NCBI RefSeq assembly: GCF_050920415.1
Contig: NZ_CP169309.1
Reading direction: 5' to 3' (one strand)
DNA: 64,000 nucleotides
Source of the DNA: Escherichia coli
GTDB lineage: Bacteria > Pseudomonadota > Gammaproteobacteria > Enterobacterales > Enterobacteriaceae
Position 1 is the stretch's first letter. Each line of letters begins with the position of its first letter. Shown in pieces: positions 28,990 to 41,261 of the stretch. The notes beneath the pieces are model-generated. The model did not search any database. It saw only the letters and a program-made list of their open reading frames with translations, and was not told the origin of the DNA. The position numbers and the translations under genes are program-made.

Positions 28990-29026
28990 AAAGGGGCTAC
29001 GCTTTCACGTAACCCCTTGATTTATT
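28990..29026 (-). terminator. ssrA transcription terminator
   Basis: On minus strand ggggttacg-tgaaag-cgtagcccc hairpin followed by ttttt, directly after tmRNA 3' end. Confidence 0.5.
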
Positions 29027-29389
29027 TGGTGGAGCTGGCGGGAGTTGAACCCGCGTCCGAAATTCCTACATCCTCGGTACTACATGCTTAGTCAGTCTTT
29101 ACATTCGCTTGCCAGCTGCGGACGGACACGCCACTAACAAACTAGCCTGATTAAGTTTTAACGCTTCAACCCCAGGCAGGGCTTCCACGCGATCTCTTTT
29201 GGGTTTGACCTCTCTTGATCCCCGTCCTAAGAGCGGAGGCTAGGGAGAGAGGGCTCTAAGCAGGTTATTAAGCTGCTAAAGCGTAGTTTTCGTCGTTTGC
29301 GACTATTTTTTGCGGCTTTTTACGAGGCCAACCGCCCCTCGGCATGCACCTTGGGTTTCGCAAATCCCGTCGAATCCAGAATCAGCCCC
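29027..29389 (-). ncRNA. ssrA: tmRNA (SsrA), 363 nt
   Basis: Reverse complement matches E. coli tmRNA from GGGGCUGAUUCUGG 5' end to GCCAGCUCCACCA 3' end, including tag-encoding region. Confidence 0.95.
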
Positions 29390-29603
29390 AATGTGTAACG
29401 GTAAGTATACCAGATTCATGAGTGCCATGACCAGCCTCAATGGCGTTATCGTTAAAGATTTAGCACCCATGTAGCCTGATTTTTATTCGATTAAGCAATG
29501 GGATGGCAACATTTGGGTCGGATGTGATAGCCAATAAGATGTTCATTCGCGCCGCCGGAGAGGGTGGCGCGGTGAGGAACTGGTCAATAATTGGAGTGCA
29601 GAT

Positions 29604-30086
29604 TTAACGGTGGGCGTTTTTCATGATACGCGCTTTATCCACCTGCCATTCGCGTTCTTTGATGTCTGAACGTTTATCGTGCTGTTTCTTACCTTTAGCG
29701 ACGCCGATTTTCACTTTGCACCAGGCATTTTTCCAGTACAGGGAGAGCGCCACTACGGTATAGCCTTCTCGATTGACGCGACCGTACAATGAGTCCAGTT
29801 CGCGCTGGTTGAGAAGTAACTTGCGGGTACGGGTAGGATCGCACACCACATGCGTGGATGCCACAGCCATTGGCGTGATGTTAGCGCCAAACAGAAATGC
29901 TTCTCCATCACGTAGAAGGACGTAGCTGTCGCTGATATTGGCTTTTCCTGCGCGCAGGGATTTAACCTCCCAGCCTTGCAGGGCAAGTCCCGCTTCGAAC
30001 TCTTCTTCGATAAAGTATTCGTGACGGGCGCGCTTGTTAAGCTCGATGGTCGCTGAACCAGGTTTATGTGCTTTTTTCTTCGTCAT
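29604..30086 (-). CDS. smpB: SsrA-binding protein SmpB
   Basis: 160 aa [28 protein letters not shown]...; directly upstream of ssrA. Confidence 0.95.
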   Translation of the reverse strand: MTKKKAHKPGSATIELNKRARHEYFIEEEFEAGLALQGWEVKSLRAGKANISDSYVLLRDGEAFLFGANITPMAVASTHVVCDPTRTRKLLLNQRELDSLYGRVNREGYTVVALSLYWKNAWCKVKIGVAKGKKQHDKRSDIKEREWQVDKARIMKNAHR

Positions 30087-30217
30087 AAGCGTTGTGAATC
30101 ATCGGTAATCTGAAATCGAAAACACCCCATATCAATCCTGCGGGGGACAAGGCTCTATCTTAGCATGAACCCGATGTTACCCAGCGCCGGGATAGCGTTT
30201 TTTTTACAGCAGGATAA

Positions 30218-30694
30218 ATGATATTATTTGTTGGATTTTTGTTGATGGAAATTGTTATGCCTCAGATTAGCCGGACCGCACTGGTACCCTACAGCGCGGA
30301 GCAAATGTATCAGTTAGTGAATGACGTTCAGTCTTATCCTCAGTTTTTGCCGGGTTGTACCGGAAGTCGGATTCTGGAGTCCACTCCTGGGCAGATGACC
30401 GCGGCGGTAGATGTCTCTAAGGCTGGGATCAGCAAAACGTTTACTACCCGCAACCAGTTGACCAGTAACCAAAGTATTCTTATGAATCTGGTGGATGGGC
30501 CGTTCAAGAAATTGATCGGTGGATGGAAGTTTACGCCGCTGAGCCAGGAGGCGTGTCGTATCGAGTTTCATCTCGACTTTGAGTTTACCAATAAGTTGAT
30601 TGAACTCGCCTTTGGCCGCGTGTTTAAAGAGCTGGCGGCTAATATGGTGCAGGCTTTTACGGTTCGTGCGAAAGAGGTTTACAGTGCCAGGTAA
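30218..30694 (+). CDS. ratA: ribosome association toxin RatA (SRPBCC family)
   Basis: 158 aa; conserved neighbour of smpB. Confidence 0.85.
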   Translation: MILFVGFLLMEIVMPQISRTALVPYSAEQMYQLVNDVQSYPQFLPGCTGSRILESTPGQMTAAVDVSKAGISKTFTTRNQLTSNQSILMNLVDGPFKKLIGGWKFTPLSQEACRIEFHLDFEFTNKLIELAFGRVFKELAANMVQAFTVRAKEVYSAR

Positions 30695-30974
30695 AATTGC
30701 CGTTGAGGTGGCTTATGCTCTACCTGAGAAGCAGTACCTGCAGCGCGTGACGCTGCAGGAGGGCGCGACGGTTGAGGAAGCTATTCGCACCAGTGGCTTG
30801 CTGGAATTGCGTACCGATATCGATTTAACTAAAAACAAAGTCGGCATTTACAGCCGTCCGGCAAAACTGAGCGATACCGTGCATGATGGCGATCGGGTGG
30901 AGATTTATCGTCCTCTCATTGCCGATCCGAAAGAGCTTCGCAGGCAACGAGCAGAAAAATCAGCGAATAAATAA
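30684..30974 (+). CDS. ratB: RatB/YfjF (RnfH-family small protein)
   Basis: GTG start at 30684 ([14 protein letters not shown]...) overlapping ratA stop; 96 aa. Confidence 0.75.
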   Translation: MPGKIAVEVAYALPEKQYLQRVTLQEGATVEEAIRTSGLLELRTDIDLTKNKVGIYSRPAKLSDTVHDGDRVEIYRPLIADPKELRRQRAEKSANK

Positions 30975-30981
30975 CAGACAG

Positions 30982-31010
30982 AAAAAAGGTGCTCATTGAG
31001 CACCTTTTTT
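30982..31010. terminator. bidirectional rho-independent terminator between ratB and bamE
   Basis: aggtgctc-att-gagcacct hairpin flanked by A-run and T-run. Confidence 0.55.
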
Positions 31011-31035
31011 AACGTCTTTGAGAGCAACTTTATTA

Positions 31036-31377
31036 TTAGTTACCACTCAGCGCAGGTTTGTTATCAATGTTGGTCAACACCCCGCTACTGTTAAAGGTCA
31101 GCGTCAGCGTTTGCTGCGTTACACCTTCATGACCTGGTTGCTGGCGGAAGACATAGAACCAGGTATTCGTACCAAATGGATCGGACATCAGCGGTGTACC
31201 CAATGCGTACGCAACTTGTTGTTGCGTCATGCCAACACGTATTTTGGATACGTCGTTAGCGGTCAGATAGTTCCCCTGGTTGATGTCAGGACGGTAAACC
31301 ACTCGCTCCAGAGTGGAACAGCCTGCGGTCAACATCAATAGTACTGCTGCTGCAGCAGTCAGCGTTTTACAGCGCAT
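31036..31377 (-). CDS. bamE: outer membrane protein assembly factor BamE (SmpA)
   Basis: 113 aa lipoprotein, lipobox LTAGC. Confidence 0.9.
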
Positions 31378-31525
31378 AGTGATTTGATTCCTTTTCGGGC
31401 CCGAGCAGTACGTGGCTCATCTGTAATATGCCGATGATAATAGACCTTTCATCACTTTAAAACCTTTTGCTTTCCGGTCTTACGGCGTTTTGCTGTTTAC
31501 TCTGACCGTGAAGCAGGAAAAAAGT

Positions 31526-33187
31526 TTACGCCGCAAGCAGTTCTTTCGCATTCGCCAGTGTGTTACGTGTGACTTCACTGCCACCAAGCAGGCGCGCCAG
31601 CTCTTGTAACCGCGCTTTTTTGTCCAGCGACTCCATATGCGTTTCTGTCATCGCACCATCGGTTTCTTTGCTGACAAAATAGTGTTGATGACCACATCCC
31701 GCGACTTGTGGCAGGTGGGTAACACACATCACCTGAGTTGATTCGCCGAGTTGACGCAGCAGTTTGCCGACAACTGCCGCTGTTGGACCGCTAATCCCTA
31801 CATCCACTTCATCAAAAATCAGTGCCGGGGTTTCCATTTTACGCGCTGTGATGACCTGAATTGCCAATGCGATGCGGGACAATTCACCACCAGATGCGAC
31901 TTTGGCAATAGGCTGCATTGGCTGACCTGGGTTGGTGGTTACCCGAAACTCAATACGATCAGCGCCGTCAGCGCCCAGGTGATGCTCGTCAAATTTAACA
32001 TCAATCGTAAACTGCCCATGCGGCATAGAGAGTGCATGCATACTGTCGGTGATCAGCTGTGCCAACTCATTTGCATAATGCTGGCGTTGCTGGTGTAACG
32101 CGCGCGCCGTTTCCAGTGCCTGCTGATGATGTTTCGTTACCGCCAGCGCGAGCGTTTCTTGTGAGTCGGCCTGATTGTCCAGTTGCTGCTGCTCTTCCAG
32201 TAGCGACTGGTAATACTGTGGCAATACCTCAGGGCTGACGTGATGTTTACGTGCCAGCGAAATCTGTTTTGAGATGCGCTGTTCAAGTTCAAACAGTCGG
32301 TTGGGATCGAGATCCAGACGATCGCAGTAGTGGCGTAGTTCGTCGCTGGCTTCAACAATCTGGATGGTAGCTTCTTCCAGCATATCAAGTACGCCGGACA
32401 GTTTGCTGTCCATGCCAATCAATTCGCTCACCAGTTGTTTAGCCGTGTAAAGCTGACTTTGCAGGTTTGCGTCTTCGCCGTCGGCCATTAATGCCAATGC
32501 ATTCTGGCTGGTGGTCAGCAATTGACCGCTGTTCGCCAGACGTTTGTACTCTTCGTCGATTTGCTCAAACTCTCCGGGCTGCGGATTAAATTCGTTCAGT
32601 TCTTTTAATTGGTATTGCAGCAGCTCCGCACGAGCGGCGCGTTCCTGACTTAACTGTTGATGATGCGCGAGGTCGCGGCAGCTTTGATGCCACAACTGAT
32701 AACGTGCGGTCATTTCCTGAAGCAGAGAGGTTTCATTGGCATAGCCATCAAGCAGGAATTTTTGGTGCTCGGGTTTGGTGAGTAATTGATGGGCGTGCTG
32801 ACCATGGATCTGAATGAGCAACTGGCCCAGTTCGCGCAGTTGTGACAGTGGAACAGCTGTACCGTTGATAAAACCACGAGAGCGACCATCGCTACTGATT
32901 ACGCGACGAAGCAGGCATTCACGGCCATCTTCCAGTTGGTTTTCTTCCAGCCAGCGCAGTGCTGCGGGTGTATCTTTCAGAGAAAAACGGGCGCACAGAT
33001 CTGCGCGAGCAGCGCCGGTACGCACCATGTCGGCTTCAGCGCGACCGCCGAGACAAAGGCCCAGGGCATCTATTGCAATAGATTTACCCGCGCCAGTCTC
33101 GCCGGTGATTACGGTCATGCCGCTGTGAAAATCAATCTCAAGCTCACGAACGATAGCAAAGTTGCTGATGGTCAGTTGTGCCAACAT
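31526..33187 (-). CDS. recN: DNA repair protein RecN
   Basis: 553 aa, Walker [12 protein letters not shown]-like. Confidence 0.95.
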   Translation of the reverse strand: MLAQLTISNFAIVRELEIDFHSGMTVITGETGAGKSIAIDALGLCLGGRAEADMVRTGAARADLCARFSLKDTPAALRWLEENQLEDGRECLLRRVISSDGRSRGFINGTAVPLSQLRELGQLLIQIHGQHAHQLLTKPEHQKFLLDGYANETSLLQEMTARYQLWHQSCRDLAHHQQLSQERAARAELLQYQLKELNEFNPQPGEFEQIDEEYKRLANSGQLLTTSQNALALMADGEDANLQSQLYTAKQLVSELIGMDSKLSGVLDMLEEATIQIVEASDELRHYCDRLDLDPNRLFELEQRISKQISLARKHHVSPEVLPQYYQSLLEEQQQLDNQADSQETLALAVTKHHQQALETARALHQQRQHYANELAQLITDSMHALSMPHGQFTIDVKFDEHHLGADGADRIEFRVTTNPGQPMQPIAKVASGGELSRIALAIQVITARKMETPALIFDEVDVGISGPTAAVVGKLLRQLGESTQVMCVTHLPQVAGCGHQHYFVSKETDGAMTETHMESLDKKARLQELARLLGGSEVTRNTLANAKELLAA

Positions 33188-33213
33188 AGTTGTTTTCCTG
33201 TATGAAAAACCAT

Positions 33214-33255
33214 TACTGTTATTGTGTACAGTATAAACTGGTTTTATATACAGTA
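33214..33255 (-). promoter_or_regulatory. tandem LexA boxes in recN promoter
   Basis: tactgttattgtgtacagta (33214-33233) and aactggttttatatacagta (33236-33255) fit CTGT-N8-ACAG. Confidence 0.7.
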
Positions 33256-33272
33256 AAGAGGCTGGCGTAAAA

Positions 33273-34151
33273 TTAGAATAATTTTTTTGACCAGCCGAGC
33301 TTGGTGCTTAATGTATTGAAATAACTGTAATCTTTCGGATGAATCAGATTCAGATGGTAATCACAGCGACGAATCAGGACATCTTCTCCTTCCTGAATCG
33401 GCAGTGCTATCTGACTGTCGCAACTGATTTCCAGGTCGTTACGGCGATGTGAAAAACGCAGACGGATCGTGCTGCTGCTGTTTATGACCAGTGGTCGTGC
33501 TGACAACGTATGCGGGAACATGGGCACCAGGGTAATCGCATCCAGAGAAGGCGTCAGGATTGGACCGCCTGCCGAGAGAGAATAGGCAGTAGAGCCTGTA
33601 GGTGTCGAAATAATCAGGCCATCGGAACGCTGCGAAAACGCAAAGATCTCGTCGATATATACTTCGAATTCAATCATATGCGCCACTTTTCCTGGGTGAA
33701 GCACCACTTCATTTATCGCGGTGCTGATGCGCTTTTGGCAATCTTGCTGACAGACTTGCGCTTCCAGCAAAAAACGTTTCTCGCTGATGTAGTGACCTTC
33801 CAGCACATCGGCTAATTGTTGCTGAGCGTTATCGGGGTCAAGGTCGGTCAGGAAACCCAGGTTGCCACGGTTGATTCCAATAACTTTAATATCGTAACGG
33901 GCGAGTGTGCGCGCCGCGCCCAGCATATTACCGTCGCCACCAACGACTACCGCGAGATCAGCCAGTTGCCCAATCTCCGCGAGCGTGCCAGTTTTCACAT
34001 TCTTCAGTTGCAGTTCGTGAGCGATTTGTTGCTCAACGATGACCTCGTAACCTTTTGTGCACAGCCAGCGGTAGAGCATTTCATGTGTTGTCAGTGCAGT
34101 AGGGTGCCGTGGGTGTCCCACAATGCCAATACACTTGAAATGATTATTCAT
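33273..34151 (-). CDS. nadK: NAD kinase
   Basis: 292 aa, GGDG motif ([14 protein letters not shown]). Confidence 0.95.
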
Positions 34152-34197
34152 TTTTCCGAGGTCCTTGTTGCGAAGATTGATGACAATGTGAGTGCTT

Positions 34198-34230
34198 CCC
34201 TTGAAACCCTGAAACTGATCCCCATAATAA
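34198..34230 (+). promoter_or_regulatory. sigma32 heat-shock promoter of grpE
   Basis: cccTTGAAA -35 and CCCCATAAT -10 with ~13 bp spacer, ~45 bp upstream of grpE. Confidence 0.55.
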
Positions 34231-34240
34231 GCGAAGTTAG

Positions 34241-34867
<627 letters not shown>

Positions 34868-34921
34868 TTTCTGCTTTCGTAATAAATCACGGCCCAGCAT
34901 GCGAATGCCGGGCCGTTTTCG

Positions 34922-36184
34922 TTACTCCGCCACACTCTCACGCAGCGGTTTCACAGGAAAAACTTTTACCTGCTTAATCATATTGTCCTGTACATCGAGA
35001 ATATCGATATCGTACTCGCCAATACGCACGCGAGTTCCTGCGACAGGAATCTCTTCCAGTGCCTCAAGAATGACGCCATTAACCGTTCGTGCATCATCTT
35101 CCGGTAGATGCCAGTTAAAGGCTTTGTTGATTTCCCGCACGTTGGCAGTGCCATCGATAATCACCGAACCGTCGTTTTGCGGCGTGACCTCTTCGGCGAG
35201 CGTTGGCGACATCGACGTGGTGAAATCACCAACAATCTCTTCGAGAATATCTTCGACCGTCACCAGACCCTGAATATCTCCATACTCGTTGACGACCAGG
35301 CCGACTTTCTTTTTGTTGCGCTGAAACTTCACCAGCTGCGTGCTGAGCGGCGTACCTTCCGGGACAAAATAGATTTCGTCCGCGGCGCGTAGCATGGTTT
35401 CTTTGGTGAACTCTTTTTTCTCCGACATCAACCGCCAGGCTTCACGCACACGCAGCATACTGATGGCGTCGTCCAGCGAGTCACGGTAGAGCACGATGCG
35501 TCCGTGAGGTGAGTGGGAGAGTTGGCGGAGAATCGATTTCCAGTCATCGTTGATATCAATACCGATAATTTCACTACGCGGCACCATGATGTCATCGACG
35601 GTCATCTTTTCCAGATCGAGTACCGACAGCAGCATATCCTGATTGCGACGGGAAATTTGTGAGCGCGATTCGTGCACGATAGTACGCAACTCTTCTTTGC
35701 TCAAAGAGCCGCTAACCACGATATCGGTTTTGATGCCCATCATGCGCATTAACATTCGGGTAATAGCATTCAGCAACCAGACCAGCGGCATCATCAAAAT
35801 TTGTAGCGGTGCCAGCAGAAAACTACTTGGATAGGCGACTTTTTCCGGGTACAGCGCGGCAATGGTTTTCGGCAATACTTCAGCAAAAACCAGTACGACA
35901 AAAGTTAGTACACCAGTCGCAATTGCCACGCCCGCATCCCCGTACAAACGCATCCCCACAATAGTACCGAGCGCGGAGGCAAGAATATTGACCAGGTTAT
36001 TGCCGATTAACACCAGGCTTATCAGGCGGTCTGGCTTACGCAGCAATTTTTCGACGCGTTTGGCCGAGCGATTACCCTGTTTCGCCATATGCCGCAGACG
36101 ATAGCGGTTGAGTGTCATCATTCCGGTTTCGGACCCGGAAAAATAGGCTGAAATGACCACCATGATGATCAGAATAATGATCAA
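34922..36184 (-). CDS. yfjD: CNNM/CorC-family inner membrane protein with CBS domains (YfjD)
   Basis: 420 aa from the ORF-track start; N-terminal TM region (DUF21-like) plus CBS pair and CorC C-terminal region; true start may be a few codons upstream. Confidence 0.85.
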   Translation of the reverse strand: MIIILIIMVVISAYFSGSETGMMTLNRYRLRHMAKQGNRSAKRVEKLLRKPDRLISLVLIGNNLVNILASALGTIVGMRLYGDAGVAIATGVLTFVVLVFAEVLPKTIAALYPEKVAYPSSFLLAPLQILMMPLVWLLNAITRMLMRMMGIKTDIVVSGSLSKEELRTIVHESRSQISRRNQDMLLSVLDLEKMTVDDIMVPRSEIIGIDINDDWKSILRQLSHSPHGRIVLYRDSLDDAISMLRVREAWRLMSEKKEFTKETMLRAADEIYFVPEGTPLSTQLVKFQRNKKKVGLVVNEYGDIQGLVTVEDILEEIVGDFTTSMSPTLAEEVTPQNDGSVIIDGTANVREINKAFNWHLPEDDARTVNGVILEALEEIPVAGTRVRIGEYDIDILDVQDNMIKQVKVFPVKPLRESVAE

Positions 36185-36228
36185 CGTAGTAGTAGAAATG
36201 TGTTCCAGGGGAAACTCCTTTTCTGGGT

Positions 36229-37020
36229 TTAGCTGATTAACTGCTGGACAATTCGGCTGCCGAAGTAGGCCAGTGTCAGAATGACTGCACCCGCAACGTT
36301 AAACCAGACGACGCGGCGTCCACGCCATCCTTCATGATAATGTCCCCACAGCAGCACAATATAGACAAACCACGCCACGATAGAGAGCACGGCCTTGTCG
36401 ATATTTTCCATGCTAAATAAGTTGTGCATGTAGAACAGGCCAGTGCAAAGAGTGAGCGTTAACAGCACCACGCCAATCTGCGTGATGTGGAACATTTTAC
36501 GCTCGATACTCATCAACGGCGGCATTTCCTGGTTAAACGCCAGCTTCTTGTTCTTCAGTTGGTAATCAATCCACGCCAGTTGTAATGCATACAGAGCGGC
36601 GATAATCAGCGTGGCATAGGAAAAGAGCGATAAGCCAATGTGCACCAGCATCCCAGGCGTTGCTTCCAGATGGGTGATGTATTCATTGGGCATAAAGGTT
36701 GCCAGCGCCAGGTTGATAAGCGCAAAGGCATAGACAATGGGTAGCAGTAACCAGCCACGATTGCGGGAAGCCACGATGGTCATTACCGTACAGATCATCA
36801 AACTGACCAGCGAACCAACGTTCAGTAAGCTGAGGTTTTGTCCGCTATCACCGTCGGGCAAGATGCGGGCTTCCAGAGCGATTGCGTGGCAGACCAGCGC
36901 GATGACCGCAGAAATAATAGCCATGCGCCGCCAGCCGCCGTTTTTTTGCAGCAGACCGGGAACAATCAGCGCAAGACTGACGGAGTAGGCGACAAGCGCG
37001 AGCAGAGCAAAAACGGGCAT
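36229..37020 (-). CDS. ypjD: inner membrane protein YpjD (CcsA-like)
   Basis: Multi-TM protein; start set at ATG 37020 (MPVFALLALVAY), 263 aa. Confidence 0.8.
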   Translation of the reverse strand: MPVFALLALVAYSVSLALIVPGLLQKNGGWRRMAIISAVIALVCHAIALEARILPDGDSGQNLSLLNVGSLVSLMICTVMTIVASRNRGWLLLPIVYAFALINLALATFMPNEYITHLEATPGMLVHIGLSLFSYATLIIAALYALQLAWIDYQLKNKKLAFNQEMPPLMSIERKMFHITQIGVVLLTLTLCTGLFYMHNLFSMENIDKAVLSIVAWFVYIVLLWGHYHEGWRGRRVVWFNVAGAVILTLAYFGSRIVQQLIS

Positions 37021-37186
37021 AGTAATGTCGACAGTTTGAGCAATAAGAAAGAGAAGCAGTATAGCGTCAGGTGAACGCTGCTCCAACCGTTGCATAACAA
37101 CAAAGACGCCTTCATGTTATACTGCGGCAAAATACTGATGATGTGTCGCGATTGCGGCCAACCGTTTCCACCCCAGGCGAGAGACA

Positions 37187-38548
37187 ATGTTTGATAATTT
37201 AACCGATCGTTTGTCGCGCACGCTGCGCAATATCAGTGGCCGTGGACGCCTCACTGAAGACAACGTAAAAGATACGCTGCGCGAAGTGCGCATGGCGCTG
37301 CTGGAGGCGGACGTCGCCCTGCCGGTAGTGCGTGAGTTTATCAATCGCGTAAAAGAGAAAGCGGTTGGTCATGAAGTTAATAAGAGCCTGACGCCGGGGC
37401 AGGAGTTCGTCAAAATCGTCCGTAACGAACTGGTTGCGGCGATGGGCGAAGAGAACCAGACCCTGAATCTGGCTGCGCAACCGCCAGCGGTGGTACTGAT
37501 GGCGGGCCTGCAAGGTGCCGGTAAAACAACCAGCGTGGGCAAGCTCGGTAAGTTCCTGCGTGAGAAGCACAAGAAAAAAGTGCTGGTGGTTTCTGCCGAC
37601 GTTTATCGTCCGGCGGCAATCAAACAGCTGGAGACGCTGGCAGAGCAGGTGGGTGTTGATTTCTTCCCTTCTGATGTTGGTCAGAAGCCGGTTGATATCG
37701 TTAACGCGGCGCTGAAAGAAGCCAAACTGAAATTCTACGACGTGTTGCTGGTGGATACCGCCGGTCGTTTGCACGTTGACGAAGCGATGATGGACGAGAT
37801 CAAGCAGGTCCATGCATCGATTAATCCGGTTGAAACTTTGTTCGTGGTTGACGCCATGACCGGTCAGGATGCGGCCAATACGGCAAAAGCATTCAATGAA
37901 GCGTTACCGCTGACCGGTGTGGTACTGACTAAAGTCGACGGCGATGCCCGTGGCGGTGCGGCGCTCTCTATTCGTCACATTACGGGCAAACCGATCAAGT
38001 TCCTCGGTGTTGGCGAGAAAACTGAGGCGCTGGAGCCGTTCCATCCGGACCGTATCGCTTCCCGTATTCTCGGCATGGGCGACGTACTGTCGCTGATCGA
38101 AGATATCGAAAGCAAAGTTGACCGCGCGCAGGCAGAGAAATTAGCCAGCAAGCTGAAAAAAGGTGACGGCTTCGATCTCAACGACTTCCTTGAGCAACTG
38201 CGCCAGATGAAAAATATGGGCGGCATGGCTAGCCTGATGGGCAAACTGCCGGGCATGGGGCAGATCCCGGATAACGTCAAGTCGCAGATGGACGATAAAG
38301 TGCTGGTGCGTATGGAAGCCATCATCAACTCGATGACGATGAAAGAGCGCGCTAAGCCAGAAATCATCAAAGGTTCGCGTAAACGCCGTATCGCTGCCGG
38401 TTGCGGTATGCAGGTGCAGGACGTTAACCGTCTTCTGAAACAGTTCGACGACATGCAGCGCATGATGAAGAAAATGAAGAAGGGCGGAATGGCGAAGATG
38501 ATGAGAAGCATGAAAGGGATGATGCCGCCGGGATTTCCTGGTCGCTAA
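37187..38548 (+). CDS. ffh: signal recognition particle protein Ffh
   Basis: 453 aa, GTPase motifs (GLQGAGKTT, DTAGR), Met-rich C-terminal M-domain. Confidence 0.95.
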   Translation: MFDNLTDRLSRTLRNISGRGRLTEDNVKDTLREVRMALLEADVALPVVREFINRVKEKAVGHEVNKSLTPGQEFVKIVRNELVAAMGEENQTLNLAAQPPAVVLMAGLQGAGKTTSVGKLGKFLREKHKKKVLVVSADVYRPAAIKQLETLAEQVGVDFFPSDVGQKPVDIVNAALKEAKLKFYDVLLVDTAGRLHVDEAMMDEIKQVHASINPVETLFVVDAMTGQDAANTAKAFNEALPLTGVVLTKVDGDARGGAALSIRHITGKPIKFLGVGEKTEALEPFHPDRIASRILGMGDVLSLIEDIESKVDRAQAEKLASKLKKGDGFDLNDFLEQLRQMKNMGGMASLMGKLPGMGQIPDNVKSQMDDKVLVRMEAIINSMTMKERAKPEIIKGSRKRRIAAGCGMQVQDVNRLLKQFDDMQRMMKKMKKGGMAKMMRSMKGMMPPGFPGR

Positions 38549-38606
38549 ATGACCTTATGCGACAGAGTTATTAACTGCTGATTGCATTTTCTCCAGAAAT
38601 CAGTAA

Positions 38607-38933
<327 letters not shown>

Positions 38934-38951
38934 TCTGTCACGGTGGTCATG

Positions 38952-39500
38952 ATGAGCAAACAACTCACCGCGCAAGCACCTGTTGATCCCATCGTTTTGG
39001 GAAAAATGGGTTCGTCTTACGGTATTCGTGGGTGGCTCAGAGTGTTTTCTTCCACCGAAGACGCCGAAAGCATTTTTGACTATCAGCCCTGGTTTATCCA
39101 GAAGGCGGGTCAGTGGCAGCAAGTCCAGCTGGAAAGCTGGAAGCACCACAATCAGGACATGATCATCAAGCTGAAAGGCGTTGACGATCGTGATGCGGCG
39201 AACCTGCTGACGAATTGTGAAATTGTCGTGGATTCATCGCAGCTGCCTCAGCTTGAAGAGGGTGACTACTACTGGAAAGACCTGATGGGCTGCCAGGTAG
39301 TAACCACTGAAGGCTACGATCTCGGTAAAGTCGTCGATATGATGGAAACCGGATCTAATGACGTTCTCGTCATTAAGGCAAACCTGAAAGATGCGTTTGG
39401 TATCAAGGAACGACTTGTACCGTTCCTCGATGGGCAGGTTATCAAGAAAGTCGATCTCACTACTCGTTCAATCGAAGTAGATTGGGATCCTGGTTTTTAA
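38952..39500 (+). CDS. rimM: ribosome maturation factor RimM
   Basis: 182 aa from ATG 38952. Confidence 0.9.
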
Positions 39501-39530
39501 ACCACCGGATAAACGGTAAAAGACGGCGCT

Positions 39531-40298
39531 ATGTGGATTGGCATAATTAGCCTGTTTCCTGAAATGTTCCGCGCAATTACCGATTACGGGGTAACTGGCC
39601 GGGCAGTTAAAAATGGCCTGCTGAGCATCCAGAGCTGGAGTCCTCGTGACTTCACGCATGACCGGCACCGTACCGTGGACGATCGTCCTTACGGCGGCGG
39701 ACCGGGGATGTTAATGATGGTGCAACCTTTACGGGACGCCATTCATGCAGCAAAAGCCGCGGCGGGTGAAGGCGCAAAGGTGATTTATCTGTCACCGCAG
39801 GGGCGCAAGCTTGATCAAGCAGGCGTCAGCGAACTGGCAACGAATCAAAAATTGATTCTGGTGTGCGGTCGCTACGAAGGTATAGATGAGCGCGTGATCC
39901 AAACCGAAATTGACGAAGAATGGTCAATCGGCGATTACGTTCTCAGTGGTGGTGAGTTACCCGCAATGACGCTGATTGACTCCGTTTCCCGGTTTATTCC
40001 GGGAGTACTGGGACATGAAGCTTCGGCAACGGAAGACTCCTTTGCTGAAGGATTGCTGGATTGCCCGCACTATACGCGGCCTGAGGTGTTAGAAGGGATG
40101 GAAGTTCCGTCAGTGTTACTGTCGGGCAACCATGCCGAGATACGTCGCTGGCGTTTGAAACAGTCGCTGGGCCGTACCTGGCTTAGAAGACCTGAACTTC
40201 TGGAAAACCTGGCTCTGACTGAAGAGCAAGCAAGGTTGCTGGCGGAGTTCAAAACGGAACACGCACAACAGCAACATAAACATGATGGGATGGCGTAA
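39531..40298 (+). CDS. trmD: tRNA (guanine37-N1)-methyltransferase TrmD
   Basis: 255 aa. Confidence 0.95.
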   Translation: MWIGIISLFPEMFRAITDYGVTGRAVKNGLLSIQSWSPRDFTHDRHRTVDDRPYGGGPGMLMMVQPLRDAIHAAKAAAGEGAKVIYLSPQGRKLDQAGVSELATNQKLILVCGRYEGIDERVIQTEIDEEWSIGDYVLSGGELPAMTLIDSVSRFIPGVLGHEASATEDSFAEGLLDCPHYTRPEVLEGMEVPSVLLSGNHAEIRRWRLKQSLGRTWLRRPELLENLALTEEQARLLAEFKTEHAQQQHKHDGMA

Positions 40299-40336
40299 GC
40301 CCCCGAGATATCAGTTTACCCAGGATAAGAGATTAA

Positions 40337-40687
<351 letters not shown>

Positions 40688-40716
40688 GATTTCGCTTAAG
40701 CGACATCCTGTTAAGA

Positions 40717-40746
40717 AGGGCTGGCCAATTGGCTGGCCCTTTTTTT
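40717..40746 (+). terminator. rho-independent terminator of rpsP operon
   Basis: agggctggcc-aatt-ggctggccct hairpin (with G-U pairs) followed by tttttt. Confidence 0.55.
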
Positions 40747-40763
40747 GTCTGTTTGCTCGTGTT

Positions 40764-41246
40764 TTAAGGGGTTGTAATCACCACTGCGACGCGGCGGTTC
40801 TCGGCGCGACCCTGGGCGGTCTTGTTACTGGCTATGGGATATTTTTTTCCTAAACCCTGTGTGGTGAGATTTCTGCGCGGAATTTGTCCACCCATAGCCC
40901 ATGCATCGGCCACAACATTCGCCCGTTTCAATGATAAGGCTTCGTTGTAACTGTCTTCACCATAGTTGTCGGTGTGTCCATCCATACGGGCATGCGTTAG
41001 CCCTGTCGAGGCCAATTTGGCTGCCATGGTTTGGATCTGTTGCTGGCTTTCCGGGAGCAATTTGTAGTCATTTTTTGCGAACAGAATGGCATCTGATAAT
41101 CCCAGCGACCAGTCGCCGGCGGATTCAGTAAATCCATAAGATTGCATAGCGGCAACTTGCTCAGGAGTAAACTTTCCCTGAGGGGACTGGCAGCCAGTCA
41201 GTACTAGCGAGGTGAAAATCAGGGGTGCTACCAGGTGCTTTATCAT
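40764..41246 (-). CDS. yfiB: OmpA-family lipoprotein YfiB
   Basis: 160 aa, lipobox LTGC, OmpA-like C-terminal domain. Confidence 0.85.
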   Translation of the reverse strand: MIKHLVAPLIFTSLVLTGCQSPQGKFTPEQVAAMQSYGFTESAGDWSLGLSDAILFAKNDYKLLPESQQQIQTMAAKLASTGLTHARMDGHTDNYGEDSYNEALSLKRANVVADAWAMGGQIPRRNLTTQGLGKKYPIASNKTAQGRAENRRVAVVITTP

Positions 41247-41261
41247 ATCGATATATCCTTG

